Assembly (NCBI GenBank): GCA_951406725.2
Contig: OX597820.1
Span: 58,652,001 to 58,716,000, forward strand
Length of the DNA: 64,000 nt
From: Octopus vulgaris
Lineage: Eukaryota
Reading direction: 5' to 3'
Of the stretch, positions 27,021 through 40,180 are shown one piece after another. Made by a program: the position numbers and the translations under genes. A model generated the notes under the pieces. That model was given only the letters and a program-made list of their open reading frames with translations, was not told the origin of the DNA and made no database searches. Within the stretch, counting starts at the first letter, position 1. The number at the start of each line of letters is the position of its first letter.

Positions 27021-27287
27021 TATATCTTTAATTTCTATAACAACAAAGGTATCTGATTATATACAAGTCCTCAATAATGCATTCGTTTAACACATACTAA
27101 TCAGTTCTGATGGAATCGAAACTGGCAGTGTCCTTAATGATATTAAAAGTACCTTATCCTGAAAGTACACGCGTGCGCATGTCCTCTTCCCTTAGACACT
27201 CCAAAAGGCAATATCCATCATTTCTACAACTGTTTCTTTTACAGTTACAAATATTATCTAATTCCGTCCACTTTCTTTATATTTCAG

Positions 27288-27629
27288 ACAATTTATGGTG
27301 TTGCTATTCATCCACTGTATGGAGGATGGGTTAGATTCCCAGGTGTCATCGTATTTAAGAATGTTAAACTACCCAGAAATTTCCGTTGTCGGTCACCCCC
27401 AGACGTGATTCCTAGCATCAAAAAAAGAATAAAATTATTAAATGAATACAATAATGACTGGGCGAGTTGGAAATTCGCAGATATCATTCCAGTGGTGAAG
27501 AAATATACTCCAGAAGCAAAAGCATACTTTTCGATATTTGGAAAAAAGCGAGAAGAATTCGTAAAGGATGTCAAAAAGTATTGCACCAATTCTATGCCGA
27601 AGTTCGAAAGATACGTTAAAGTGGTTTAA
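27288..27629 (+). CDS. MMACHC: MMACHC/CblC-like paralog B, terminal exon 4 (spliced product about 260 aa)
   Basis: ttcag| at 27287; TIYGVAIHPLYGGWVRFPGV...NDWASWKFADIIP...YTPEAKAYFS...KVV*; the four exons (28+69+50+113 codons) join in frame. Confidence 0.9.
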   Translation, partial: TIYGVAIHPLYGGWVRFPGVIVFKNVKLPRNFRCRSPPDVIPSIKKRIKLLNEYNNDWASWKFADIIPVVKKYTPEAKAYFSIFGKKREEFVKDVKKYCTNSMPKFERYVKVV

Positions 27630-27696
27630 TTATTAACTAGTGTTTCACTAACTTCAATTATCAACTAGCATTTATGATTTCCTTACTAATGGTACT

Positions 27697-27869
27697 CTTT
27701 TACTTGTTTCATTCATTTGACTGTGGCCATGCTGGAGCACCGCCTTTAGTCGAGCAAATCGACCCCGGGACTCATTCTATCGGACTCTTTTGCCGAACCG
27801 CTAAGTTACGGGGACGTAAACACCAGCATCGGTTGTCAAGCGATGTTGGGAGGTGGGGACAAGCACAGC

Positions 27870-27915
<46 letters not shown>

Positions 27916-28058
27916 CAACGGGCTTCTTTCAGTTTCCGTCTACCAAATCCACTCAGAAGGCTTTGGTCGGATCGAAGCTATAGTAGAAGACACTTGGCCA
28001 AGGTGCCACGCAGTGGGACTGAACCAGGAACCATGTGGTTGGTAAGCAAGCTACTTAC
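27697..28058 (-). mobile_element. SINE family 1 about 70 bp after the B stop codon
   Basis: Consensus match; antisense to the copy at 28749-29170. Confidence 0.82.
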
Positions 28059-28748
28059 CACACAGCCACTCCTACGCCTATCTATATTTAGTAAAAAAAA
28101 TTGTTTCTTGCATATCTCCTCTTCACTATAATTCTCTTGCATTTATTTCTATCAGCGTTTGTCTACTCTTCTCTGCTGAAATTTCCAGCATTAACCAATG
28201 TATTTTGACTATGTTAATCTCATGCTGCTTTTTTCCGTTCTTCTTCATCAAATTTCCACAGAGAACAGTTGTCCAAAATGTTGATCTTTCTTTCTTTCAT
28301 CACAAAATAATAAAGTTCAGTTGTACTCTTTTTTTTTGTTGTTGTTATATTTTTACACCATTTCCATTTTTACGATTCACTTCGAATATACATACACAGC
28401 CGTCTCTTTCTTTTTCTCTCACTTTCTTTCTAACTCTGTGTGTGTGCGCGCGCGCACGTGCACCAGTGTTGCTGAGTGTTGCAATACATACACACACACA
28501 TATATACATAGTACATACATACACACATACATACATGCATACATACATACATACATACATACATACATACATGCATACATACATACACACTCATACATAT
28601 ATACATATATACATACATACATACATACATACATACATACATACACACATACATACATGCATACACACACATACATACATATAGACGCATACATACGTTT
28701 ATATATATATACATAAATACAAACATACATACATACATACATACATAC

Positions 28749-28911
28749 AGGCGCAGGAGTGGCTGTGTGGTAAGTAGCTTGCTAATCAACCACATGGTTC
28801 CGGGTTCAGTCCCACTGCGTGGCATCTTGGGCAAGTGTCTTCTGCTATAGCCCCGGGCTGACCAATGCCCTGTGAATGGATTTGGTAGACGGAAACTGAA
28901 AGAAGCCTGTC

Positions 28912-28969
<58 letters not shown>

Positions 28970-29170
28970 CTGTGTTTGTCCCCCTAGCATTGCTTGACAA
29001 CCGATGCTGGTGTGTTTACGTCCTCGTCACTTAGCGGTTCGGCAAAAGAGACCGATAGAATAAGTACTGGGCTTACAAAGAATAAGTCCCGGGGTCGATT
29101 TTCTCGACTAAAGGCGGTGCTCCAGCATGGTCGCAGTCAAATGACTGAAACAAGTAAAAGAGTAAAAGAG
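28749..29170 (+). mobile_element. SINE family 1, full-length
   Basis: Consensus match. Confidence 0.85.
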
Positions 29171-29184
29171 TATACATACATACA

Positions 29185-29268
<84 letters not shown>

Positions 29269-29906
29269 CAAACACACACATACAAACATGCACACGCACA
29301 CACACACAAACATGCACACATACATACAGAAGACTCTGTGCGTGTGTGTGCGCGCGCGCGAGTGTGTGTGTGTGTGTGTACATACAAACAGAGCTACTGT
29401 CAGGGTCCCAGCAATGTGATGACAATCCATCTGAGCGTGGGAAATTCCCTTGGTTGGTGTCAGGGTGGCAAGTAAAACCACTTGGAGTCAGGGACCCCTT
29501 GCTGGTGTTACAGCATCCTTCAGAGAAGAGGAACATTCTTATATAAAACCTGTGCTTTCATATGATTACTGGCCATATCGATTCGGCCTGTCATTGGGTA
29601 TTAGTCACGGGGAGTCAGAGGGTAGTAATGATCCTGGGTTTGTATATCTAAAAGAAATAATACTCTTACAGACAGGTGAAATTATTATTATCATTGATTC
29701 AGAAATATATCTAAAATTCGTGGACAGGAGGGCAATAACTATCAGCTTAAAATTCAAACCATATTTGAACTTTTATACGGCTGCAAGTCCTTCCGTGTCC
29801 GTAGTGGATCAGAATTTTCAAAACAACCATTATGGATTTCTGCAAGTTCCTTCCTGTTCAGTGCACATTTGTGTGTGCGCGCATATGTGTGTATCCCCGA
29901 AGCATA

Positions 29907-30632
29907 CCGTAAATCCTCGAGTATAATCCGCAAAATTCCCCAAAATTTAAAGGTCAAAATCCCTAGTGCGTACTATTTACGAGGTTAAAAATGAAAAATA
30001 TTTTCTAAGCAATGCCCAAGTCTCTATTTGCTGTCCGGCAATGTTTATTCAGATGCATTTTGTGATGTCGGGCACGGAAATATCTTAAGCTAAGCCTGAA
30101 AGCAATGAAGGCATGAAAAAATCGTCCATAACTTGCAGTAAGCAACATTTATTAAAATAAAAGTATTCAGAAAACAGAATAACATGTAACTAAAACAATT
30201 TGCAAACATATTTACAAACATATTTCGCGCTCCTGACCTGACTTTGATATCCAAATAGATCGTGTATGCATGGAATGAACTTGATCCCCAGATTTTTGTG
30301 AAACGTTTTATCAAATGTTGTATATCGTCTGCACTGGATGGTACTCAGGATGACGTTGTATGGAAAGATGAAATAAATGAAAGTGAATCTTCTGATGTTG
30401 ACTATGAAGCTGACGATGACGGAGATTTACACTAAAATGATGCTGGCATGTTTACGGAGGAACAAATTGAACAATTATTTGATGCAAACCAAGGGCGTTA
30501 TATAGACCTCCTTGACTCAAGTTAGAGAACGGATGCGTATTATATACAAGGTTTAGGTTTTTCAGGGATACAGCCCCCTAAAAATCCTCCGCGTACTATA
30601 CTCAAGGGTGGACTATACTCGAGGATTTACGG
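29907..30632 (+). mobile_element. Non-autonomous pogo/Tigger-like DNA transposon
   Basis: TIRs ccgtaaatcctcgagtata(a/g)tcc at both ends, flanking TA at 29905-29906 and 30633-30634; residual transposase C-terminus FIKCCISSALDGTQDD. Confidence 0.85.
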
Positions 30633-30643
30633 TATTTCTTGTA

Positions 30644-30674
<31 letters not shown>

Positions 30675-32125
30675 ATTTCTTTGTTTGTATATGGGCAGAC
30701 AAATGCTTGTACAAGCAAACACATGACAAGAAAGACAACCCCTCCGCAACAAAATAAAACCCAGAACGTAACAAGGGAGATAACCTCCCGCAACTAGTGG
30801 TACAGTTTATATATGTTGCACTGAATTGCAAGATATATAAACAAATATATTTCTGCTGCTTAATTCCATTCTCCCACCCCTGTTTTTTTTTTTTATTTCT
30901 TTGTTTCTGGATTTTTTTCCCCCGATAGTTTGATCTCTCATACTTTTAGTGTTGCTAAATGTTGCCAAATAATAATGCGTTCAGCTAATTGTTAAAAAAA
31001 ATACATGAGAGGATGGGAGGTCATCTCTTGAGAGTAAATGAACTGAAGCACACGATTGGCCGAGACGTCGGAGCATTTAGTCAACAAACAAGTGCATATG
31101 CACGCACGAGCGCGCGGAAACAAAATAAGCTTTTGCAAAGTTGCAATTTGGCTGTTGAATAAACTGGGTTGGAGAGAAAAGAAGAGAGAGGACGAGGAGG
31201 GGAGAAATAAAGAAGGGAAGAGACGGAGAGAAAGAGAGACAGAGAGGAAGGGAGATAGGGAAAGAAGGAGAGAGGGAGGTGAAAAGAAAGAGTGAAAGGA
31301 CAGGAGAGAGGAAGAAAACAAGCATGGGAGGAAAGTGTGAAGGGGAGAGATGGGGAGGAGTGGGTGACTCAGAGAAGAAAGAAGAGAACGGATACCAGCG
31401 AAAGCAACGAGGATGAAGAGGAAGGAGAAAAGAAAGAAATGCAGTACTCGGACCACGCGACACGGAACGGGGCTTGCAGCTATAAGCTGTGCACAGTTTC
31501 TTGTAGAAAGACGTAATACGTGGGATGTTATGATTCATCAGAGCTGGACATAATCCACTCTACTAAAGGCACAAGGCCTGAAATTCGGGGAAAGGGGCTA
31601 GTCGATTACATTGACCCCAGTGTTTCACTGGTACTTAATTTATCTACCCCGAAAAGATGAAAGGCAAAGTTCACCTTGACGGAATTTGAACTCAGAACGT
31701 GGCGACGAGCGAAATTCCGCTAAGTATTTCGGGTTCTTTACCTTTTGATCGACAGATTTAAAAAATGATTTTTTGTAACTGAACACTTTTAAACTTCGGA
31801 TACTAGTAGAATGTGTCATATAAAACATCTTTTACTCTTACCGTTTTTGAGAAAAGCTTATAATTAGGAAGTTATTTCACGTTAAAATTGTAGTATTTCG
31901 GTTATTTCAACCAATCAATGACGTGTATTCAGCTGAATAAAATTACTACTGTTGTTTGTCAACAAGAACTTCCGGCGGTGTATACACATGCTGACATAAG
32001 ACCTACGTTGGACTCCTTATTCGCATAATCACCAGACCTGGAGCTTAACTGTAGTCTGTCCATAGCACTTACTCAGCATTACCTGACACCTTTGTGTCTT
32101 ATTGACACCATTACCTCTCATAACC

Positions 32126-32246
<121 letters not shown>

Positions 32247-32300
32247 ATATTTCGGTACTCCAGCAATGTTTTCAGTCAAATGACTGAAATGAATAAAAGA

Positions 32301-32329
<29 letters not shown>

Positions 32330-32334
<5 letters not shown>

Positions 32335-32950
32335 TAAGGCTACCATTGGTTTCATGTCAAGAAGAGTTGGATATCTAAATATCTTAACAATTCTCAATCC
32401 CATCACATGGATAAAAGTGGTTCGCCTCAATTTTGGTAAACAATCTTGTTTCATTCAAGGATTCACTCATAAGTTAGCGTAAATAAAACAACGAAACAAT
32501 GAATCAAGGGGCGCTACTCTAGAAGGCATTTCTTTGAGTATGTCTCCCTTGTGTTTTCCATATTTGTATGATCTAAGCAAGGTGTTTTGTGCTTGTATGT
32601 TGGGGCTAATCCTTCTTTGTGTGGAATTTTTGATATTTCTTCTTTATTGTGTGAAGTTTGTGTTCTATGTGTGTTTACGTATGTAGAGCTGCTATCCTGG
32701 CAGGGTTGCCCTCGTTTGTAGTTATCCACGTTTATAGGGGGGGGTCTTCTGTTAAGTATTTTAGAGTAAAATATTGCTTATGTGAAGGTTTCATATCTAA
32801 TGTTTAAGATGTTGCCTGTTGTTTGAATAATATTTAATTTTTCAGTAATGCAGAGTTCACATTTGGTGCCCCGTCCTCTGTATCTTTTTTTTCTTTTTTT
32901 TTTTTTTGGCTTTAGCAATGATTTTTCATTCTATCTGGGGGTGTTTCCCC
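32330..32950 (-). mobile_element. Penelope-like element remnant (GIY-YIG C-terminus and 3' repeat)
   Basis: Minus strand KCELCITEKLNII near 32830-32865, resembling the CxLCxxEK end of Penelope endonucleases. Confidence 0.5.
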
Positions 32951-32974
32951 AGACAGACATTATCTTATCCCCTG

Positions 32975-34215
32975 ATGGACATTGAAAGATGGTTTGAAGA
33001 AGCCTAATTTCTCAAGATTGGTATTTAGGCAGAGTGTTATACATATCCCAGGGCCCCATTAATTACAAGTATAAACCTGAACTTGTAATCTGGATATAGA
33101 GTAACTACAGATTTCTCAATAGTTCAGCTCAGATATTCTCTTTTTCACTGATCTTCAGCTTTATGCTAACATCCGCTGGTCAGCTAATTTCCACAACTGT
33201 ACACAGCTTCTCTTCTTTATCCCAAATCCTTATATCAGGTGTGTTGTGCTTACATTTTATTGAGGTCTTCACTGAGACATTCCACCAGTACTCCTTTTAG
33301 TATGAGTAGCTATGGCTTCTACCATACTGTAGGTTCTTATTTGTTTGTCCTTGGGGTTATCCTTCCGTCGGATTTCATTATAGAATGTCCTAGCTACAAC
33401 ATCACGTCTCAAAGAGAGATAATACCGTGATGACATTTTCAAACAACTACTTATGATGTGGGTGATATCTTTGCTGTTATCTCCACAATGTCTGCATCGG
33501 TTGTCACATTTTACTGCTTTTCCTGCATCTCTATCCCGTTTGTGCATCAGGTATTTGGTTCATATTTCCTGTTCCTAGATTGCAAACGCATATCCTTCAA
33601 AGTGGGAGGTAGTAATCCGCCTATTGGTCCATAATAGACTGCTTTGATGATCAATGTTACTATCATCTCGGAGCTTTCTACTAACATATCTATGCATAGT
33701 CTTCTGCTCATATAAGCTCATCTTTTCATCTGATGATACGTTGCGGTAGAGTCGTGCGACTTCTTTGGGCATGTATTCTAGGTAATGAGACAAGGAATGT
33801 TGCTCAAGGAGCTGCCTTCCAGGTCTTATGATGTTATCAGCTTCATGTATGCAAACTTGGTCAAGGGATGCACTTCAACACTTGGTGATTAAAAGATGTT
33901 GCCGAAAGGATATGATACGACATTCAAAGGTATTCTGGATCGATGTTAAAGCCTCTGCTGCCTTGTTTTCGTTTTAGGTAGAAGCGGTCTAAGTCACTGT
34001 TTATGTGGAAATTATGTGTGCTTGTTAGTATTTTTCGAATTTTCACGTCAATGGCTCGGATCTCATCAAACGTCTAATCAAGCAGCCCAAATGTTGGTAT
34101 GAGTACTGGAACAGCAAACACATTGTGGGCTATTATTTTATTGAATGCAGAGAGTTCTGGGGTCCAAATTTTTTTATTCAGCTGTAATATTCTTTAATGA
34201 CACGTGTTTTATTAC
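32975..34215 (-). mobile_element. Degenerate RLE-type (R4/NeSL-like) non-LTR retrotransposon 3' part
   Basis: CCHC knuckle CRHCGDNSKDITHIISSC followed by PDIRIWDKEKKLCTVVEIS restriction-like endonuclease motif; multiple stops and frameshifts. Confidence 0.75.
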
Positions 34216-34381
34216 AGGTGCCATTGTATGTATGTATGTATGTATGTATGTATGTACGTATGTATGTATGTATGTATGTATGTATGCATGTATGTATGTA
34301 TGTATGTATGTATGTATGTATGTATGTATGTATGTATGTATGTATGTATGTATGTGTAGGTAGGTAGGTAGGTAGGTAGGA

Positions 34382-34605
34382 AGGCGGCGATCTGGCAGAA
34401 TCGTTAGCACGCCGGGCGAAATGCTTAGCGGTATTTCGTCTGCCCCTACGTTCTGAGTTCAAATTCCGCCGAGGCTGACTTTGCCTTTCATCCTTTCAGG
34501 GTCGATTAAATAAGTACCAGTTCCGCACTGGGGTCGATATAATCGACTTAATCCGTTTGTCTGTCCTCTCTGTGTTTCGCCCCTTGTGGCTAGTAAAGAA
34601 ATAGG
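34382..34605 (+). mobile_element. SINE family 2
   Basis: Consensus match; inverted relative to the copy at 35226-35448. Confidence 0.85.
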
Positions 34606-35036
34606 TAGGTACGTACGTACATACATATGCGTATGATTGTATATATGTGTGTGTGTATAAATAAATAAATATGTATGTATGAATGTATGTGTGCATGTTA
34701 ACTCAGTATTGAGGATTCTGTTGTTTCATGTAACCGTTGAGATTTGATTTGCGACCTGAAAGTAAGTATTGAGTGCACAAGAGAAAGTGACTGTGAACTG
34801 TTTTAAAGGAGAAAATTGAGATTACGAGAAAACGCAATTTTATTAATTTACACAACACTGCCATTTCTCAAAATGATTTGAAATAAAATACGATATTTCT
34901 TTTCGTGGTTTGGTTTGGTTTGCATCATTGGATTTCTGAAAGAGTTACTATTCTTTTAATGTTATAACTATTATGAGGAATTTGGAAGAAAATCTTTAGA
35001 ATTTACTTTCAAGCTTCATAGACACAAACAAAATCC

Positions 35037-35631
35037 CTAAAAAGGTATAAAGGCTGGAAGAATATTCTTAAAGAAATACGCGTATCGCCCTTCTTTGCAT
35101 GATTTTTCCGTTTCTCTAACTATTGAAATTGTCTGACTTAATTTTGAAGAGAAATATTGTTTTGCTTCCTCAGAAAACGGTTGCCTTCCCGGCATAAAAG
35201 AAGCATGTCGCCATTCCATAGTACCTATTTCTTTATTACCCACAAGGGGCTAAACACAGAGGGGACAAACAAGGACAGACATAGGTATTAAGTCGATTAC
35301 ATCGACCCCAGTGCGTAACTGGTACTTAATTTATCGACCCCGAAAGGATGAAAGGCAAAGTCCACCTCGGCGGAATTTGAACTCACAACGTAACGACAGA
35401 CGAAATACGGCTACGCATTTCACCCGGCGTGCTAACGATTCTGCCAGCTCGCCATTCCATAGTACCATTGTGTAGTGACTGTAGAACATATCTTCTATGT
35501 TCATGAGATGGAAGGGCATCGAATGGGAGAGGATAAAGAAGACTGGGCAGTTTGAAATCTCGAAAAACAATCACTGCTGGGACAGTAAACCATGCGCCAT
35601 ACTTGTGATGGACTGCAAATTCAAGTGGCTT
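35037..35631 (-). CDS. MMACHC: Divergent MMACHC/CblC-like paralog C, terminal exon 4, interrupted by a SINE (35226-35448); pseudogene allele or new intron
   Basis: ttacag|KPLEFAVHHKYGAWFTVPAVIVFRDFKLP...HNGTMEWR[SINE]HASFMPGRQPFSEEAKQYFS...F*; the frame is open on both sides once the 241-nt insertion is removed. Confidence 0.78.
35226..35448 (-). mobile_element. SINE family 2 inserted in copy C exon 4, with a perfect 18-bp flanking direct repeat
   Basis: tcgccattccatagtacc at 35208-35225 and 35449-35466. Confidence 0.93.
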
Positions 35632-36454
35632 CTGTAAATAGACGAGAAAACATCATGAGGACACATAATAATAATTTCTGGCCATTTTTTAAAAAATTAT
35701 TATCTAATCTTTGGTGTTGACGTCACCGATTTTTTTAATTATGAAGAATGATAAAATAAATTCCATTTTTGCCAGCGTAAAAGTATAAAAGTATAAAATA
35801 ATTGTTTTGACAATATAAAGCTCAAAGGTACAAAGGTAAAGACAGGGCCAGCCTAAACTTACCACCTACCCTCATTCTTCTGTGTAAAAAATAAGTTGAC
35901 ACGCCCAATTACCAAGGGCTTAAATACTGAGCTGTGTACCTTAGATATTATATTGTCAAGCGAAAGGATTAAATGCAGTAATGCCAAAAGCGCCCAAAAT
36001 GCTTTCAAACCTTGTGCCCACTTATCTAAAGAGAAACACCTACAAGCTTGTTTACCAATTGCTATACGCATGAATAAATTCCAAACACTAACATATCCCC
36101 AAATTTAATCAATGAAAAATTTTCCAAAACCCCTTTCCATAACAACTGACTACAAAAACCTAATTACTATTCACTAGAGCAGCGGGTGGGGACGGTTCGC
36201 CCCGGGCGGTACTTTTAAAAAGGTGGCACTTTTGGGTCTGCTGTAGGCTACAGATGATTAAAACTCAACAGGAACTATATAAAAGCAAGACCGACGATGG
36301 GTTGGCTGGCCGAAACTTCGAAGTCGCTGTCAACAACATTCTTGTGTAAGAATACAAAATTTGCACTTTACAAAAGAATGGAGTGACCCATCAGATTAAT
36401 ATGAAATTGATTTTATTATAACTGAACATAAAAACAAACACTAATATATGTACA

Positions 36455-36492
<38 letters not shown>

Positions 36493-37064
36493 GACGGCGA
36501 ATTTCGAAATAAACATGTCATGCTCTACCATTGAGCTAAAGCGATCCTTCAAATTTCTCAATTCATTTTAAAAACTTTATTCTCACCAGAGAGAATTGTA
36601 TGATGTTGAGGTCATGAGAAGTTAAAAACTTCGAGAACGTGAAATAATTCCTTTTAGTCTCGAAGCAAATGCAGCTACAAATAATAGCGTTTAAATACTG
36701 GGTTGAAACGTCTATGGATAGAAAAGCCCCACGAGAAGCCTTCAACTTTTTCTATCCGAAGGAGTTCTAATCTAATATTCACACTCTATAATTTATAGCT
36801 TTATGTGCTTCTAGATTCACTTTGGAATCCCATCATCGTTCAGGCTCGTACACATTACACTACACAAGCATGTTCGATTACTGTATTATCCGAGCGTGCA
36901 ACTCATAGTAGCTCACAAATAAATATTGTTTATTAAATATTTATCTCTCGCTGGATGGAATATATTTTTGTTGATCCTGCCAATAATGGAAGAGTACATT
37001 CTATACATACATACATACATACATACATACATACATACATACATACATACATACATACACACAC

Positions 37065-37106
<42 letters not shown>

Positions 37107-37110
<4 letters not shown>

Positions 37111-37263
37111 GCTGTGTGGTAAGTAGCTTGCTTACCAACCACATGGTTTCGGGTTCAGTCCCACTGCGTGGCATCTTGGGCAAGTGTCTTCTGCTATAGC
37201 CCCTGGCCGACCAATGCCTTGTGAGTGGATTTGGTAGACGGAAACTGAAAGAAGCCTGTCGTA

Positions 37264-37357
<94 letters not shown>

Positions 37358-37553
37358 TGTGTCTGTGTTTGTACCCCTAGCATTGCTTGACAACCGATGC
37401 TGGTGTCTTTACGTCCCCGTCACTTAGCGGTTCGGCAAAAGAGACCGATAGAATAAGTTCCGGGGTCGATTTGCTCGACTAAAGGCGGTGCTCCAGCATG
37501 GCCGCAGTCAAATGACTGAAACAAGTAAAAGAGTAAAAAAGAGAGTAAAAGAG
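37107..37553 (+). mobile_element. SINE family 1 in copy C intron 3
   Basis: Consensus match, slightly 5' truncated. Confidence 0.85.
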
Positions 37554-37848
37554 TATATACATATATTTAAAATTAAAATCAAAATGCGGGTGAAAAAATT
37601 GGATATTAATTTGATAATATCAATTTTAACACCAGTGGTCTAGCATATAAAAAAACTGAGATTCAGTAAATAGTATTTCATACATAAATATAAGGGGGAA
37701 TTTTTTTAACCACTATGTGGAAAACCTTATGCTAGATGAAGAGCCGGTATGGTCTTAACCACTAAGAATTGTTCTCCAGAAAATTTAGCACACCAGAAAC
37801 GTAAGCGAGTAAGACAAATGAAAAGTAACAAAAAGTGTTACTCACTCT

Positions 37849-37901
<53 letters not shown>

Positions 37902-37933
37902 TCTTTCTTTCTTTCTTTCTTTCTTTCTTTCCT

Positions 37934-37996
<63 letters not shown>

Positions 37997-38286
37997 CTCT
38001 CTCCCTCTTTCTCTCTGTTTCACTCACTCTCTCTGACACGCAAGTGAGCACATAGGTGCACAACAAAATGGGAAAATGTGGAAGATGTTTGCAAGCCTTT
38101 CAAGAACACACAAAAACCGTTAGTTTCACTTCAACATTTAAATTTCATTTGTATTAAAATATTTTCGTCGTTTTGAAACCGCGACCTGTTCATCGACAAA
38201 ACTTCGAGCTGCATCTCACTTGCTATGCATTTTCGTAATTTATAGGAAAAATTATCGATCAACAAGAATCGATTATGTCTACTTAC

Positions 38287-38424
38287 CTTTGTCTTTGGCC
38301 AAGTATAATGCAGGACATCAGATTGAGTATATCGGTAAGCAACACCTGTGACGTGTGCGGCTATATTGGTATTAAGATTGCTGTGATGTCCACGCACGTT
38401 TCCGAGAATAATATCGACGTATTC
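38287..38424 (-). CDS. MMACHC: Divergent MMACHC/CblC-like paralog C, exon 3
   Basis: Minus strand tttcag|EYVDIILGNVRGHHSNLNTNIAAHVTGVAYRYTQSDVLHYTWPKTK|gtaagt; retains AAHVxG.AY.Y...DV...TWP..K and the same phase-0 donor position as copies A and B. Confidence 0.8.
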
Positions 38425-38997
38425 CTGAAACCGTTAGAGCAAAAAAAAAAAACCAAAAAAAAATCGATTGAATTTATTGATACAACAGGTACAGGCGTGA
38501 CTGGGATGGGGGTGCTTTCTAATCATGTAATCTTGGGTTCAATTCCAGTGTGCCTCACTCAGTGCGAGTGTCTTCTTTTATAACACAGGTAACTCTGGGC
38601 CGGCCAAAGCCTTACGAGAGGATTTGGTAACCGAAAACTGAAAGAAGCCTGTCATATATATGCGTGCGTGTGCGTGCGCGCGTGCGTGTGTGTGTGTGTG
38701 TGTGTGTATGTGTGTGCGTGCGTGTGTGTGTGCGTGCGTGTGTGCGTGTATCTATGTATGTGCGCTTGTGTTGTGCTACTCCCATCGCTTAACAACTGTT
38801 CTTGGTTTGTTTATGTCCCCATGCACTAGCGGTTCGGCAAAAAGCGACCGATAGAATAAGTACCAAAGTTAAAACGGAAATGGGCTCGGAACGGTGATAT
38901 GTCTCTCTGCTGTCAGACAGTGTTGTGCGTCGATTAGACCAACATCTCAGTCACAACAATAAAATGTGCACAAAGGGGGATTTAACGCAAGGAGATA

Positions 38998-39080
<83 letters not shown>

Positions 39081-39129
39081 GAAGAAGAAGAAGAAGAAGA
39101 AGAATGATAATGATGATGATGATAATAAC

Positions 39130-39198
<69 letters not shown>

Positions 39199-39602
39199 TC
39201 GGGTCAAGGGACAATAGCTTGATGTTCTTTACAAATCCTACGGCTGATGTTCAAGTTTTGTAGTTAAATATGAGTAAGAAAACAATTCAAGACGGTCGAA
39301 GATCTGAAGAGAAAAGATTGCAAGGAAAATATTTGTAGCGAACAGCTAGAGAATAGCTAAGCTAGGATTCGAGACCAAATCCACATTTCTCCACATTGTC
39401 AAGCAAGTATTCGGTCTATTGTCTCAGTCCTGCACTCAGAAATTAATGAGATTGAGTTTAGCTCTCAGACCTTTTCTCCAGTCATAGAATGAACCATGGA
39501 ACCAGAATATATTTTACTGCAACTACAAACAATGTGTATACACAAACAACGCGACGACGTTGTGTATTTCTTATATATTTTAACGAATATAATATTATAA
39601 TC

Positions 39603-39852
39603 GTGGAGGCGCGTGGCTTAGTGGTTAGGGTGTCAGCATCGTGATCGTAAGATTGTGGTTTCGATTCCTGGACCGGGCGACGCTTTGTGTTCCTGGGCAA
39701 AACATTTCATTTCACGTTGCTACAGTTCACTCAGCTGGCAAAAATGAGTAACGCTGCGATGGACTTGTATCCCGTCCAGCTGGGGAACACATACGCCATA
39801 GAAACCTAGAAACCGGGCCCATGATCCTGGCTAGGCTTTAAAAGGGCGCATT
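39603..39852 (+). mobile_element. SINE family 3 variant
   Basis: gtggaggcgcgtggcttagtggttaggg...gtttcgattcctggaccggg; 3' end shared with 18141-18270. Confidence 0.75.
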
Positions 39853-40180
39853 TATTTATTAATATTCTAATGAACTTAATAAATGACCGTATCAAGCAGC
39901 TTTTCCGCTTTAGTCATTTCTCCGCTGCATTATGACATTATTATTTTATCGTTGTTACATATTTGTATGAGTGCCGCCGGATGTGAGACACTGTAGAGGT
40001 GAGGCGATGGGGAAGAAAAACATTTATGCTCGGTAGGGTTATGCAGAGATGTGATGCATCTAGCTTGTTCCCAAAGAACAAAGATTGCTTTGATAGTGAT
40101 AAAAAAAACACTGCGATACATAGAGAGGGTGAAAAACTGTACGTTTATGTTAGAATGAGATTTTGCCAGTCAGTCTAGAG

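Noticed and set aside
39200-40170. Searched for native exons 1-2 of paralog C
   Set aside because: No CblC-like peptide with splice sites recognised by eye; a profile search could still find a highly diverged exon.
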